DNA of 64,000 bases, taken from positions 48,454 through 112,453 of the forward strand of contig JBHPLN010000002.1 of assembly GCA_042564205.1 (NCBI GenBank), in the 5' to 3' direction. This stretch comes from Fidelibacterota bacterium (GTDB lineage Bacteria > Fidelibacterota > Marinisomatia > Marinisomatales > JAHJCW01). The position numbers and the translations under genes were made by a program. The notes beneath the pieces are model-generated. The model searched no databases. It saw only the letters and a list, made by a program, of their open reading frames with translations, and was not told the origin of the DNA. Positions within the stretch are counted from its first letter, which is position 1. Each line of letters starts with the position of its first letter. Of this stretch, positions 8,895-19,773 are shown one piece after another.

Positions 8895-11297
8895 ATGCAA
8901 AGATTGGTAACAATATTCACGTTGGTTTCCGTTTTATCAAGTCAATCAATTGATCTTGGTACAAAACCAAAAATTGGATTAGTTCTTTCTGGTGGCGGAG
9001 CATATGGATTCGCCCACATTGGGACATTGAAAATGATTGATTCATTAGATATTCCAATTGATTATATAGCTGGAACTAGTATGGGGGGAATTGTTGGCGC
9101 ACTTTATGCCATTGGCTATGACGGTAAAGAGATAGAGCATTTAGCCAGGACTACAAAATGGAATGAAGTTTTCTCAGACGCCCCAACTAGAAAGGTTCAA
9201 CCATATTTCGCAAAGAAAGATGATGGTAAGTATCAAGCGGTTTTCACCATCGCTAAAAATAAAATCCTACCACCAAGCGGGTTAATTAAAGGGCAGAAAA
9301 TATCACTTCTTTTATCGGCATTGACTTTTTCATATGAAAAGATGTTTGATTTTGATCTTCTTCCTACACCATATCGGTGTACTGCAGTAGATCTATTGAC
9401 CGGTAACGAAGTCGTTCTAAAGCAAGGATCGCTGGCAAAAGCAATGCGCTCGACAATGTCTATACCGACCGTTTTCAATCCAGTAGCTTGGGGGGATTCG
9501 CTATTAATTGATGGCGGATTGTTAAATAACTTACCGGTTGACGTGGTAAAGGATATGGGTGCGGATATTGTTATTGCTGTTAATGTTGGGAGAAAGCTTA
9601 AAAATAGAAACGAACTTCAATCAATTTTAGCAATTCTTGAGCAAACAGTGACAATTCCTGCTACTATCAAGAAAGAAAAAAATCTTCAAGAAGTGGATAT
9701 TTTCATTGAACCAATGCTTGATGATTTTTCCCCAGTAGATTTTTTTGGGAAGAAAAGGGATGGTATTTTATATCAAGGAGATCTAGCTGCACAAACAGCG
9801 AAATTAGATTTAATAAAGTTAAAAGAACGCCATTTCCCCGACACAGAGGACAGTTACTATAGATCACTTGATTATCCAATCAAGATTCATGGTATTAATA
9901 TCAGTGGCAATACAACTTTACCATTCCAATCCGTCTATGAAATAATCAATATTAAACCTGGAGACTACTTTGAAATTGACACTTTAAAGGCACGCATACG
10001 AAATGCTCGTCATACAGGACTATTTGAATTAATTGATTATGATATTCAGCCAATCAATGAATCGCGCATTAAACTCAATCTGCGTGTGAAGGAAAAAGAA
10101 AAACCAAAAATTCATCGAATAAGCATCCGCGGAAATGAACTTTATTCATTCAGTTTCCTTTATCAAAAATTAGGATTGAGTCCTGGGCAGAAATTTTCCC
10201 CAGAATTACTTGAAAATAGAATAGGCGAATTATATAGTTTGGGATATTTTGAGACCATTAACTATGAGATTACTCCTTTGGATAATGGAAAAATTCATTT
10301 AACTGTAGTCGTAGATGAAAGCCCACAAAACAATTTATCTGTGGGATTGCATTATGATGAAACCAATAAATTTGTTGGATCACTTAAAGTTGTGAAAACA
10401 AATGCATTACTAAAAGGACTTCGTTTTGAAGGTACCCTGCAATTAGCAGGATTAACAAAATTGTCGGGAATTTTATACTATCCCTCCAATGCAAATAAAT
10501 TTTCTTTATATCCGTATTTACGCAGTACTTATCGAGATTTACCTATAAATATATTTGATCAAATGGGAAATAAAATAGCTGCCTACCATGATCGCTCAAC
10601 ATCAGCGGCACTTGGTGTGGGATTCGCAGCAGGCAAAAATTGGGATACAAAAATAGAATTTAATACAGAATTTATGGATATTAATCCTAGCATTGCGCTC
10701 CGGGACAGTTCGTTTTTTCCAACCTGGAAAGATGAGTTGCATACCTTCAGAATTTATTCGAATATTGATAAATTAGATAATGTTCTTAATCCAAAGGACG
10801 GCTTCAAATTTCAAACGCATTATGAACAAAGCTTTACTCAATTGAGGTCTGACCTTGATTATACCCGCATATCTGTTTCATTGGATTACTATAAGACTTT
10901 TAGTGATAAATATACCTTACGGTTCCTCGCACAATATGGTTACGGAGATTCTAGCTTACCAGTATACAAGTGGCACTATATAAGCGGACCGCAATTATTT
11001 GTTGGATTGGAACCAGCTGAATTGGGGTATTATCGCACGTCATTATTTCGAACAGACTACCAATATCGAATTAGCAATAATCTTTCTGTTAGTGCCATTT
11101 ACAATTTTTCACCAAATTACAATGGGGATTTTTATCCTATAGAACGTCGAACAATTAGTGGAATGGGATTGGGATTAAAATATTCTACTGCTTTTGGTCC
11201 AATAGAATTGATTATAGCGCGAGGAGACCGCTTAATGCCGAATAAAGATAAAACATACAAGAATGTTTATTACCTTAGTATGGGGTACAAGATATAA
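8895..11297 (+). CDS. Patatin-like phospholipase fused to POTRA and an Omp85-type beta-barrel (PlpD-like, type Vd autotransporter architecture)
   Basis: GLVLSGGGAYGFAHIGTLK (oxyanion G-G-G-x-[KR]-G-like region), GTSMGGIVGALYA (GxSxG), DGGLLNNLP (catalytic Asp). A POTRA-like IHGINISGNTTLP and IHRISIRGNELYS follow, then a long beta-strand-rich C-terminus. The start is set at the ATG at 8895, downstream of the hairpin. Confidence 0.8.
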   Translation: MQRLVTIFTLVSVLSSQSIDLGTKPKIGLVLSGGGAYGFAHIGTLKMIDSLDIPIDYIAGTSMGGIVGALYAIGYDGKEIEHLARTTKWNEVFSDAPTRKVQPYFAKKDDGKYQAVFTIAKNKILPPSGLIKGQKISLLLSALTFSYEKMFDFDLLPTPYRCTAVDLLTGNEVVLKQGSLAKAMRSTMSIPTVFNPVAWGDSLLIDGGLLNNLPVDVVKDMGADIVIAVNVGRKLKNRNELQSILAILEQTVTIPATIKKEKNLQEVDIFIEPMLDDFSPVDFFGKKRDGILYQGDLAAQTAKLDLIKLKERHFPDTEDSYYRSLDYPIKIHGINISGNTTLPFQSVYEIINIKPGDYFEIDTLKARIRNARHTGLFELIDYDIQPINESRIKLNLRVKEKEKPKIHRISIRGNELYSFSFLYQKLGLSPGQKFSPELLENRIGELYSLGYFETINYEITPLDNGKIHLTVVVDESPQNNLSVGLHYDETNKFVGSLKVVKTNALLKGLRFEGTLQLAGLTKLSGILYYPSNANKFSLYPYLRSTYRDLPINIFDQMGNKIAAYHDRSTSAALGVGFAAGKNWDTKIEFNTEFMDINPSIALRDSSFFPTWKDELHTFRIYSNIDKLDNVLNPKDGFKFQTHYEQSFTQLRSDLDYTRISVSLDYYKTFSDKYTLRFLAQYGYGDSSLPVYKWHYISGPQLFVGLEPAELGYYRTSLFRTDYQYRISNNLSVSAIYNFSPNYNGDFYPIERRTISGMGLGLKYSTAFGPIELIIARGDRLMPNKDKTYKNVYYLSMGYKI

Positions 11298-11517
11298 GGA
11301 GAAATCGTTCTTATGTACTTGAACAGTAAGAAAATTTTATAGTGGTTTATTATAATGCGACCACTTGACATTAAATGCACGGATAAAGGAATACCAATAA
11401 TATTGCATGATCAGATGATAAATGTTAGTAAGAAAAAGCGAAGTAAATAATTTTAAACTCTGTATATCATTAGTTATGATAGTTATGGATTTTTAAGCAA
11501 CAATTAGGGAGAGTAAT

Positions 11518-12999
11518 ATGATGAAACATACTAGACTAATCTTTTTGATGTTAACTACCCTGTATAGCACTATACCAGGGCTGAATGCACAGACAATTAC
11601 ACTTGATGAATTCATGAATCAGCTAAGATTAGCTCATCCTGTATTTGAAAAAGAGGAACTCACGGTTCAGATTGACAAGGAAATACAGATGGGTTATTTA
11701 GGGGCAAAGGATTGGTTAATTTCATCAGGGCCCTATTATTCGCGTCTAAATCCACTTCCACCAGGATCTTTTACACCTGATAGGATAGATCAATTAAATT
11801 TTGGTGCAGTTGCACAAAGAGCTTTTTGGAAAACGGGGGGACGACTATCATTTTCTTGGTCCTCGGATCGCACAGATCAAATCGGACTTCAGAACATAGT
11901 TCTTCCGCTTGGTGATTTGACTGGTAATCCCGCAATACCAGATATGGTTTTTGAAACAGGACCATCGAAATATTATCAAAATGCACTTGCAGTTACCTAT
12001 ACACATCCATTGTTGAAAAATAGAGGTGGATTTTTAGATCGACTTCAATATGATTTAAAGCAATATGACATCGATTTTTCAGAGGTTCATGTTATAGAAA
12101 ACCAGGAGGGTTTTTTGGCCGAAGTTGCTGCAAAGTTCTTAGATTGGGTTTTATTGACTGAGCAGAAACAGATTATGCAAGATAGACTGAAGCTAAATGA
12201 AAGTGAACTCGCCAGAACCAAGGAAAAGAAAGAGGCGAACCTCATTGATGAAGTTGACGTTCTGCGTGCAGAAGATGCACTTCGTATTGCAAAACAAAAC
12301 CAAATTCTACTCGAATCTCGGTGGAGTGCCTTACAATCTGAATTAGCAGTGTTGTCAATGAATAGCGACATTTTTGAAATGAGTCCTGAATTTGATATTA
12401 ACAGTTTTGAGGATATTATGACGTTTGAAGAAGCCAGTACCTATCTAAATGGCAATTCACGACCGATTAGAAGCCTCCAAGTTCGCTTGGACCAACTAAA
12501 ATATGCTCAAAAGGGATATGAAGAAATTTCAAAACCGGATCTCTCTTTTATTGCACAGCTAAATTCAAAAAATCTCGCCGAAGATTTTGGTGAATCCATG
12601 AAACTGAAAGAAAGGGATGCTTATTTAGGATTTCAATTTAGTTTTCCATTAGGCAACCGTACAGCCAAATCTCAGATGACCCAAAGTGAACTGCAAACGC
12701 AGAGGCTTGAGAAAGAATTATTGGATTTGAGCTTAACTCTAACTTCCACGCTTATCAATATTTACGTTCAGATTGAACAAATGGAAGAGGTTCTGAGACT
12801 CAATGAGGAACAAATTGAATCCGCAAAGAAGAGAACAGAAGAGGAGTTGAAGTTATACAACCAAGGTCGCGGTGAGATGACCTTTGTGATTCAAAGCCAA
12901 GACAGTGAGGAAAATTCGAAACTCACATATGCGATTAATGCTGTGACTTATCATAAATTAATTATTGTGTACAAATCATTAATGGATCAACTACTTTAA
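11518..12999 (+). CDS. TolC-family outer membrane efflux protein
   Basis: Signal peptide ...PGLNAQ, then two long helical-repeat halves (LRAEDALRIAKQNQILLESRWSALQSELAVL ; ...LNEEQIESAKKRTEEELKLYNQGRGE) typical of OMF proteins. It sits directly upstream of the RND genes. Confidence 0.8.
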   Translation: MMKHTRLIFLMLTTLYSTIPGLNAQTITLDEFMNQLRLAHPVFEKEELTVQIDKEIQMGYLGAKDWLISSGPYYSRLNPLPPGSFTPDRIDQLNFGAVAQRAFWKTGGRLSFSWSSDRTDQIGLQNIVLPLGDLTGNPAIPDMVFETGPSKYYQNALAVTYTHPLLKNRGGFLDRLQYDLKQYDIDFSEVHVIENQEGFLAEVAAKFLDWVLLTEQKQIMQDRLKLNESELARTKEKKEANLIDEVDVLRAEDALRIAKQNQILLESRWSALQSELAVLSMNSDIFEMSPEFDINSFEDIMTFEEASTYLNGNSRPIRSLQVRLDQLKYAQKGYEEISKPDLSFIAQLNSKNLAEDFGESMKLKERDAYLGFQFSFPLGNRTAKSQMTQSELQTQRLEKELLDLSLTLTSTLINIYVQIEQMEEVLRLNEEQIESAKKRTEEELKLYNQGRGEMTFVIQSQDSEENSKLTYAINAVTYHKLIIVYKSLMDQLL

Positions 13000-13081
13000 C
13001 TTCATCTTCTGAGATTATTTTTCATCTGTATTACCAGAGGACTGATATTCGGCAAACTGATCCAATAGGGAGATAATTTAA

Positions 13082-16000
13082 ATGAAATCATTCATTCGTT
13101 TTTTCGCGGAACGCCATTTATTGGCAAACCTAATCACCTTTATGATCATTCTATTAGGAATATTCTCGTTGATGAAAATAAAACGGGATATGTACCCAAG
13201 TGTGGACCTAGACACGGTGATTATTACAACACGCTATCCAGGTGCCTCTCCTAAAGATGTCGAATTGAATGTTACCAACAAAATCGAAGATGAGATAAAG
13301 GTTATCGATGGAGTTGATAAGCTAACTTCATATTCCATGGAAAACATATCAGTGATCAACATAGAAATTGATCCTGACGCCAAAGATAAAAATGAAGTTA
13401 AGCGTGATATCAGGGACGGTATTAGTAGAGTTAGCGATTTCCCCCTGGAGGTTACCGATGCACCATATATCAATGAGGTGAAATCTGAAAATTTTGAGAT
13501 TTTGTGGATTGGTATGAGCGGAGATTTACCCTATTCTGAAATGCGCCAATTAGCCAGAATATTTGAGAAGCAACTAAAACAAATCAAAGGCATTTCGAGA
13601 GTGAATAAAACTGGCTACCTGGCTCGAGAAATCAAAGTTGAAGTATCGGGGGAGGCAATCGAAGAATACCAAGTTCCAATGAGAGAAATTGTTTCGGCAA
13701 TACAATTACGAAATGTTCGAGCAACAGGAGGATCTTTTGAATCCTATACAAGTGATAAAACAATTGTCGCACTTGCACAATTTGAAGAGCCGCTGGAGGT
13801 AGGTGATGTTATAGTACGTTCAACATTTGAAGGGCATCAAATTGCCATTAATGATCTTGCCTATATCAGTGATGATTTTGAACCTGAAAAAACACGGTTC
13901 CGCATGAATGGAAAGCCAGTAATAGCTTTCACAATATATAAGAAAGAATCGGCTGATATTATACGCCTAATTGATGAAATCAAAAAATTTGTTGATTCAG
14001 AAAAACAATTTCTACCGGAAGAGGTAGAACTTATGTATTCATCAGATGAATCACGATACGTTAAAGCACGGATTGGTGTGCTTACTAATAATGGTTTAAT
14101 GGGCTTGGGTCTGGTTATTGTAGTTCTCTTTTTATTCCTGAATCTGCGCACTGCATTCTGGGTTGCAATGGGGATTCCGCTTTCACTCATGGGTGTTTTC
14201 TTTCTATCACCATTTTTCGGTGTTCATATTGATATCGTTTCTTTAATGGGTTTAATCCTTGTAATTGGATTGATTGTTGATGATGGGATAGTTGTTGCCG
14301 AGAGCATAGCTAAGCGGCAAGAAGAAGGTGATTCACCTGTCGATGCAGCTGTCAATGGTGCTTATGGAGTTCTCCGTCCTGTATTCGCAACTATTGTAAC
14401 AACAATCATAGCCTTTAGTCCTTTCTTTTTCATGTCTGGAATGATGGGTAAATTTATGTTTCCAATCCCGGTTATTGTTATTCTGGCGTTACTGATTTCT
14501 CTAGCTGAAGTATTTATTATAATGCCTGCGCATATTACCGCTGGAAGATCTAGAAAAAATTACAAAACCAGTCGGCAATGGTTTGATGTAGTAAAAAATA
14601 GATTCCAACGCTTTATTGTTTATGTATTAAAGCTCCGATATATAGTTGTCCCGATTTTTATGATTTCATTAATAGGTGCTTTCTTGTATGCAGCAAATTA
14701 TATGCAATTTGTACTTTTCCCCAGTAATACTGCTGAAGCATTTTTTGTTACGGTTGAGTTACCAACGGGGTCGTCACTGGATGCGACCTCAGATAAAGTT
14801 TCTGAGATTGAAACGTTAATAAATAATCTTCCTGAAGGTGAGTTGGATTCCTATTGGACAATTATAGGAAGTCTTGGCGGAGGACAATGGTTTACCCCAG
14901 GTGAGAGTGAAAATTGGGCGTTTATGGCTGTAACGTTATCTCCTTTTTCAAAACGCAATAGAAATGCAGATGAAATTGTGGAAGCTTTAAGAGTAAAAAC
15001 TGACGCATTAAGCGATATTGATGCAATTAATTTTTTAACGGACTCTGGCCCACCAGTTGGGAGACCCATAGCACTTCGAGTTGTCGGAAATGATGATCAA
15101 ATGCGAAAAGCATTGGCAGATTCTGTAGTTGCATTTCTCAACTCAATGGAAGGCGTTACAGATATAAATCGCGATGATAAATTGGGTAAAGATCAGGTAG
15201 AAATTAAAATTGATTATCCACGGCTATCCCAATTTGGACTCACTGTGGCTGATGTTGCCCAAGCGGTTAGGCTGGCTTATGACGGTTATGTTGTTTCGCG
15301 TGTGCGATACGGAGATGAGGATGTACACTTCCGTGTACTCCTTGAAGAAGACATTAGAAAAAGACCAGAATATTTGGGCGAATTAAAAATTCCTAATTTG
15401 CAGGGGCGTCTAATTCCCTTAAAGGAAGTTGCGGAATTTATAACTGGGCCCGGTCCCTCAAGTTTTTTCCATTATGACGCAGAACGAGCCATCTCAATTT
15501 CTGCTGATCTAGCAAAAAATAGTGATCTAACACCGCTGGAAGCAACCAATGCTGTTATTGACAATTATAATATTACCAGAGATTGGCCTGGAATGCGATT
15601 TGTGATGGGCGGCGAGGCGGAAGAAACACAAGAATCAATGATGAGTTTGGCAATTGCTTTTGGCTTAGCAGGACTTGGGATATACATTGTTTTAATTCTG
15701 CTTTTTAATTCTATAACACAACCAGCACTCGTCATGTTTGCAATTCCTTTTGGTATGGTGGGCGTTGTCGGTGCATTTGCTTTACACGGCGAACCCTTAG
15801 GATTTATGGCTATGTTGGGCGTCATTGGCATGATGGGGGTGGTCGTGAACGATTCTCTTATCCTGGTTAACTTTATTAACGCACATAGAAAAGAGGACCC
15901 GGATAAGAAATTTATACGCATTGTCGCCGAAGGCACCTCAAGCCGTCTTCGTCCGATTATCCTTACGTCTGTTACAACAATAGTGGGCTTGATGCCAACT

Positions 16001-16210
16001 GCTTACGGTTTTGGCGGGGATGATCCTTTTATTGCTGTTATGGCTTTAGCACTTGGCTATGGTATCCTTTTTGCAACTCCATTGACTTTGCTGTTACTAC
16101 CATGCTTATATATGATTCAGCACGATATCGGAAAACTTGTCAGACGAATTCCTGGGCTCAGGCATTTCTACTTCATTCAGGATAGTTCTGGAGTAATGGT
16201 TGAGAATTAA
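13082..16210 (+). CDS. RND efflux transporter permease (AcrB/HAE-type), paralogue 1
   Basis: 1042 aa with a 12-TM topology and two large periplasmic loops. Conserved elements are GIPLSLMGVFF, LVIGLIVDDGIVVAESI and RLRPIILTSVTTIVGLMPTAYG. Confidence 0.9.
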   Translation: MKSFIRFFAERHLLANLITFMIILLGIFSLMKIKRDMYPSVDLDTVIITTRYPGASPKDVELNVTNKIEDEIKVIDGVDKLTSYSMENISVINIEIDPDAKDKNEVKRDIRDGISRVSDFPLEVTDAPYINEVKSENFEILWIGMSGDLPYSEMRQLARIFEKQLKQIKGISRVNKTGYLAREIKVEVSGEAIEEYQVPMREIVSAIQLRNVRATGGSFESYTSDKTIVALAQFEEPLEVGDVIVRSTFEGHQIAINDLAYISDDFEPEKTRFRMNGKPVIAFTIYKKESADIIRLIDEIKKFVDSEKQFLPEEVELMYSSDESRYVKARIGVLTNNGLMGLGLVIVVLFLFLNLRTAFWVAMGIPLSLMGVFFLSPFFGVHIDIVSLMGLILVIGLIVDDGIVVAESIAKRQEEGDSPVDAAVNGAYGVLRPVFATIVTTIIAFSPFFFMSGMMGKFMFPIPVIVILALLISLAEVFIIMPAHITAGRSRKNYKTSRQWFDVVKNRFQRFIVYVLKLRYIVVPIFMISLIGAFLYAANYMQFVLFPSNTAEAFFVTVELPTGSSLDATSDKVSEIETLINNLPEGELDSYWTIIGSLGGGQWFTPGESENWAFMAVTLSPFSKRNRNADEIVEALRVKTDALSDIDAINFLTDSGPPVGRPIALRVVGNDDQMRKALADSVVAFLNSMEGVTDINRDDKLGKDQVEIKIDYPRLSQFGLTVADVAQAVRLAYDGYVVSRVRYGDEDVHFRVLLEEDIRKRPEYLGELKIPNLQGRLIPLKEVAEFITGPGPSSFFHYDAERAISISADLAKNSDLTPLEATNAVIDNYNITRDWPGMRFVMGGEAEETQESMMSLAIAFGLAGLGIYIVLILLFNSITQPALVMFAIPFGMVGVVGAFALHGEPLGFMAMLGVIGMMGVVVNDSLILVNFINAHRKEDPDKKFIRIVAEGTSSRLRPIILTSVTTIVGLMPTAYGFGGDDPFIAVMALALGYGILFATPLTLLLLPCLYMIQHDIGKLVRRIPGLRHFYFIQDSSGVMVEN

Positions 16211-16401
16211 TTGAGGATAGACAATAAACTCTAACAATATAACATATGTGGCAATGAACTAGTGACTGTTATTCAGTACCTAAATAGCAAAGGGCAAGCA
16301 TACTTTACCACGCTATATATGCTATTTTTAAAATAAATGAATAAATGGACCAAATTCTTCCCAACAAGTACGGTTATAATTCAATCTAAAGGAGCACCAG
16401 T

Positions 16402-19400
16402 ATGAAATCTTTTATTCGATTCTTTGCAGAACGTCACATGTTAGCATACATAATTACGATAATGATCATATTGCTTGGATTGGGTGCTCTAATCGATATA
16501 CCACGCGATGTATATCCAGCGGTTGATTTTGGTATCGTGAATATCCAGACTTATTACCCAGGGGCATCACCGGAAGATGTAGAATTAAATGTTACAAATA
16601 AGATTGAAAAAGAAATCCAAACGGTGACCGGAATTGAACGAGTCAATTCATTATCTATGGAAAATGTATCAATTGTAAATGTTTTCCTGGATATAGATGC
16701 CAAGGATCCCGATAAGATTAAAAATAATGTAAGAGAAGCAGTAGGGAGAGTCACAGAATTTCCCAAAGAAGTTACTGATGCGCCCCTAATCTCCGAATTA
16801 ACCCATCAGTCAGCTAATTCAATTATTGAAGTCGGATTGACGGGTGAACTGCCCTATGGCGTAATGCGTGAGCAGGCCCGTCTATTTGAAAAAAAATTGA
16901 AGAAGATCAATGGTGTATCGCGACTTGAGCGTGTTGGTTATCGTGCACGTGAGATAACAATAGAGGTGGATCCTGATGCCGTAGAAGAATATCAAATTCC
17001 CATGCACGAAATAATTGCAGCTATTCAAAGTCGAAACATACGAGGAACTACGGGCTCATTTGAATCCTATACTAGCGAAACAGATCTAGTAACATTGGCC
17101 CAATTTAAGGAACCTACTGAAGTAGGTGATGTCATTGTACGGTCAACTTTTGATGGTCCAACCATAAAAATTAAAGATTTAGCAGTTATAAAGGATGAAT
17201 TCGAAGAACAGCGACTCCTCACCCGCGTGAATGGGCTATCGGCAATTACATTTAGGGTTTATATGAAAGAAGGTGCCGATGTTATTCGAACCTGTGATGC
17301 TATAAAGGCTTTAGTAGGAGTTGAACAAGAACAAATGCTGGGAGGAATTGATTTGATTTATTCAAATGATACTTCCAGATATATTCGCAATAGTTTTGAC
17401 GTCGTACTAAAAAACGGTGTGATAGGTTTGATTCTGGTGATTATTCTACTACCTATATTTTTAAATTTTCGGACCGCATTTTGGGTTGCAATGGGGATTC
17501 CAGTAGCATTTTTGGGAACGGTCTTTTTGATACCACGATTTGGCGGTTATCTGGACACAATAACGTTGTCAGGTATGATATTGGTTATCGGCATTATCGT
17601 TGATGATGCTATAATTATTGCCGAAAATATATCCAAAAGAAGAGAAATGGGTGATGAACCAATCGACGCTGCAGTAAATGGTACCTATGAAGTGTTCAAA
17701 CCCGTTATAACAACCATTCTCACAACATTCCTGGTGTTTGCCCCAATGTTCTTTATGCCAGGTGTGTTCGGTAAGTATATCATACCAATTCCACTAGCTA
17801 TTAGTATAGCATTATTTGTATCACTAATCGAATCAGTTGTTGCTTTACCGGCTCATTTAGTTACAGGAATGAAGCGCCGCCCAGTTGGTTCAACGGGTCG
17901 AACATGGTTTAAAGTTCTCAGTGGAAAATATCAAAATATAGTAAAGCGATTTTTAAGGCTAAGATATGTTTTGGTTCCTGTTTTTATTGTGTTCTTGATT
18001 GGTTCCCTATGGTATGCCGGTAACTTTATGAAAATGGTACTATTCCCATCTGGAATGGCACGCGAATTTTATGCTGTTATTGAACTTCCTGTAGGATCGC
18101 CATTACTGACATCAAGTGAAAAGATGATGGAGTTAGAAAAAATTATCGCTGAATTACCGGAAGATGAACTGGATTCGTATAACACATGGGTTGGCATGAA
18201 TATTATGATTGGCGCAGAAAGTGAAAATTATGCAGCTTTATCTGTTCTACTTTCTCCATTTAATAAACGCGATCGCAGCGCAGAGGAAATAGTCGAAGAA
18301 GTACGAATTAAATCCGAGGCAATACAAGGGATTGAGGATATCTCTTTTTCAATCTCAACCGGTGGACCACCAGTCGGAAAACCGATTAGCCTGCAAATTG
18401 TAGGTTCAGACGATGATTTACGTAAAGCCCTGGCAGATTCCGTGGCAACATTTTTAGGTACAATTGATGGAGTAAAAGATATTAGTCGAAATGACATCGG
18501 TGGTAAAGATCAATTAGCAATTAATATTAACTATAATAAACTGGGACGATTGGGACTTACCGTTGCAGACATTGCTCGCAATGTGCGCCTTGCGTTTGAT
18601 GGGGAGATTGTTACGAATGTACGCTATGGTGACGAAGATGTAGCTTTTCGTTTAATTGTCGATGAAATAGCACGAAAAGATCTTGATTATATTGACCAAG
18701 TATTAATTCCTAATCGGCAAGGTAGAATGATCCCTTTGAAAGACGTTGCCTCGCTAATACCGGGTCCTGGACAACCGGACATCAGGCACTTTAATGGGGA
18801 ACGTACCGTAACAATAGAAGCCGATGTGGTGCAAGATCTGATTACACCTTTGGATGCTACAAATGCTGTTCTTGATAAATATGATATGAATAAGGACTGG
18901 CCAGGGATTCAGCTAAGCCTGGGAGGTGAAGTTTTTGAAACGCAAGAATCTATGACCGGCCTGTTCCGAACGCTCGTTATTGCTTTATTGGGGATATTCT
19001 TTTTACTAGTGCTTTTGTTTAATTCTTTGGCACAACCATTTTTAGTAATGGCGGCTATACCATTTGGAATTACCGGCGTTATCATAGCCTTTGGTTTTCA
19101 CGGTGAACCCTTTAGTTTCATGGGTATTATGGGAATAATTGGATTGTCGGGAGTAGTGGTGAATGATTCACTAGTACTTGTTAACCATATTAACGATATA
19201 AAGAAAGCCAAACCTAAAGTAAATATAATTGATATTATTTCTGAAGGTACTGCTGACCGTTTACGACCGATAGTTATGACAACAGTTACCACAGTGGCTG
19301 CCCTTCTCCCTCTGGCATACGGTATTGGGGGAACAGCTTTATTCATGGCTCCAATGGCATTGGCGTTGGGCTGGGGACTTATTTTTGCTACACCGCTTAC

Positions 19401-19479
19401 ACTGGTATTGGTGCCTTGTCTTTATCTAATAGGACAAGATATGGGTAGAAGAACAAAAAAAGTGACCGTAAAAAAATAG
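16402..19479 (+). CDS. RND efflux transporter permease, paralogue 2
   Basis: 1025 aa, collinear with 13082..16210 (same N-terminus MKSFIRFFAERH, LVIGIIVDDAIIIAENI, RLRPIVMTTVTTVAALLPLAYG). DNA codon usage differs, so the duplication is old. Confidence 0.9.
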   Translation: MKSFIRFFAERHMLAYIITIMIILLGLGALIDIPRDVYPAVDFGIVNIQTYYPGASPEDVELNVTNKIEKEIQTVTGIERVNSLSMENVSIVNVFLDIDAKDPDKIKNNVREAVGRVTEFPKEVTDAPLISELTHQSANSIIEVGLTGELPYGVMREQARLFEKKLKKINGVSRLERVGYRAREITIEVDPDAVEEYQIPMHEIIAAIQSRNIRGTTGSFESYTSETDLVTLAQFKEPTEVGDVIVRSTFDGPTIKIKDLAVIKDEFEEQRLLTRVNGLSAITFRVYMKEGADVIRTCDAIKALVGVEQEQMLGGIDLIYSNDTSRYIRNSFDVVLKNGVIGLILVIILLPIFLNFRTAFWVAMGIPVAFLGTVFLIPRFGGYLDTITLSGMILVIGIIVDDAIIIAENISKRREMGDEPIDAAVNGTYEVFKPVITTILTTFLVFAPMFFMPGVFGKYIIPIPLAISIALFVSLIESVVALPAHLVTGMKRRPVGSTGRTWFKVLSGKYQNIVKRFLRLRYVLVPVFIVFLIGSLWYAGNFMKMVLFPSGMAREFYAVIELPVGSPLLTSSEKMMELEKIIAELPEDELDSYNTWVGMNIMIGAESENYAALSVLLSPFNKRDRSAEEIVEEVRIKSEAIQGIEDISFSISTGGPPVGKPISLQIVGSDDDLRKALADSVATFLGTIDGVKDISRNDIGGKDQLAININYNKLGRLGLTVADIARNVRLAFDGEIVTNVRYGDEDVAFRLIVDEIARKDLDYIDQVLIPNRQGRMIPLKDVASLIPGPGQPDIRHFNGERTVTIEADVVQDLITPLDATNAVLDKYDMNKDWPGIQLSLGGEVFETQESMTGLFRTLVIALLGIFFLLVLLFNSLAQPFLVMAAIPFGITGVIIAFGFHGEPFSFMGIMGIIGLSGVVVNDSLVLVNHINDIKKAKPKVNIIDIISEGTADRLRPIVMTTVTTVAALLPLAYGIGGTALFMAPMALALGWGLIFATPLTLVLVPCLYLIGQDMGRRTKKVTVKK

Positions 19480-19773
19480 GTTTATTGGGCTAATAATTTT
19501 TAGTTAAAAATTTTATAGTCAATGCGGGAGTGTAAATATTTCTTTAGTTCTCAGGTTGATTGCTTTTAATTCGATTTTAATATTAATCGTTTATTACTGA
19601 TATACCTGATATAATTATTATAAATACCTTGGTTGTACAGTATTCCTATTTGCAACCCTGTGTCATTGTTAGCATATAGGATATTTTAATTATACTGGAT
19701 AATAAGATTGATTTATAATATTAATGATGTCTAATTTTATTGAGACTTATTTACAATAATGTAAAAAATATAA

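Noticed and set aside
13234-19346. Antisense ORFs inside the two RND genes (13234..13473, 13861..14190, 14851..15069, 15565..15936, 16554..16766, 18228..18497, 19098..19346).
   Set aside because: Each is fully embedded opposite a long, motif-rich RND reading frame. Their compositions are low-complexity or biased with no recognisable motifs. They are shadow ORFs.
6255-19527. A shared 16-mer, aattttatagtcaatg, just downstream of two plus-strand stop codons (about 6257 and about 19508).
   Set aside because: In 64 kb of AT-rich sequence, one exact 16-17-mer coincidence is roughly expected by chance by my rough estimate. The flanking similarity is weak.
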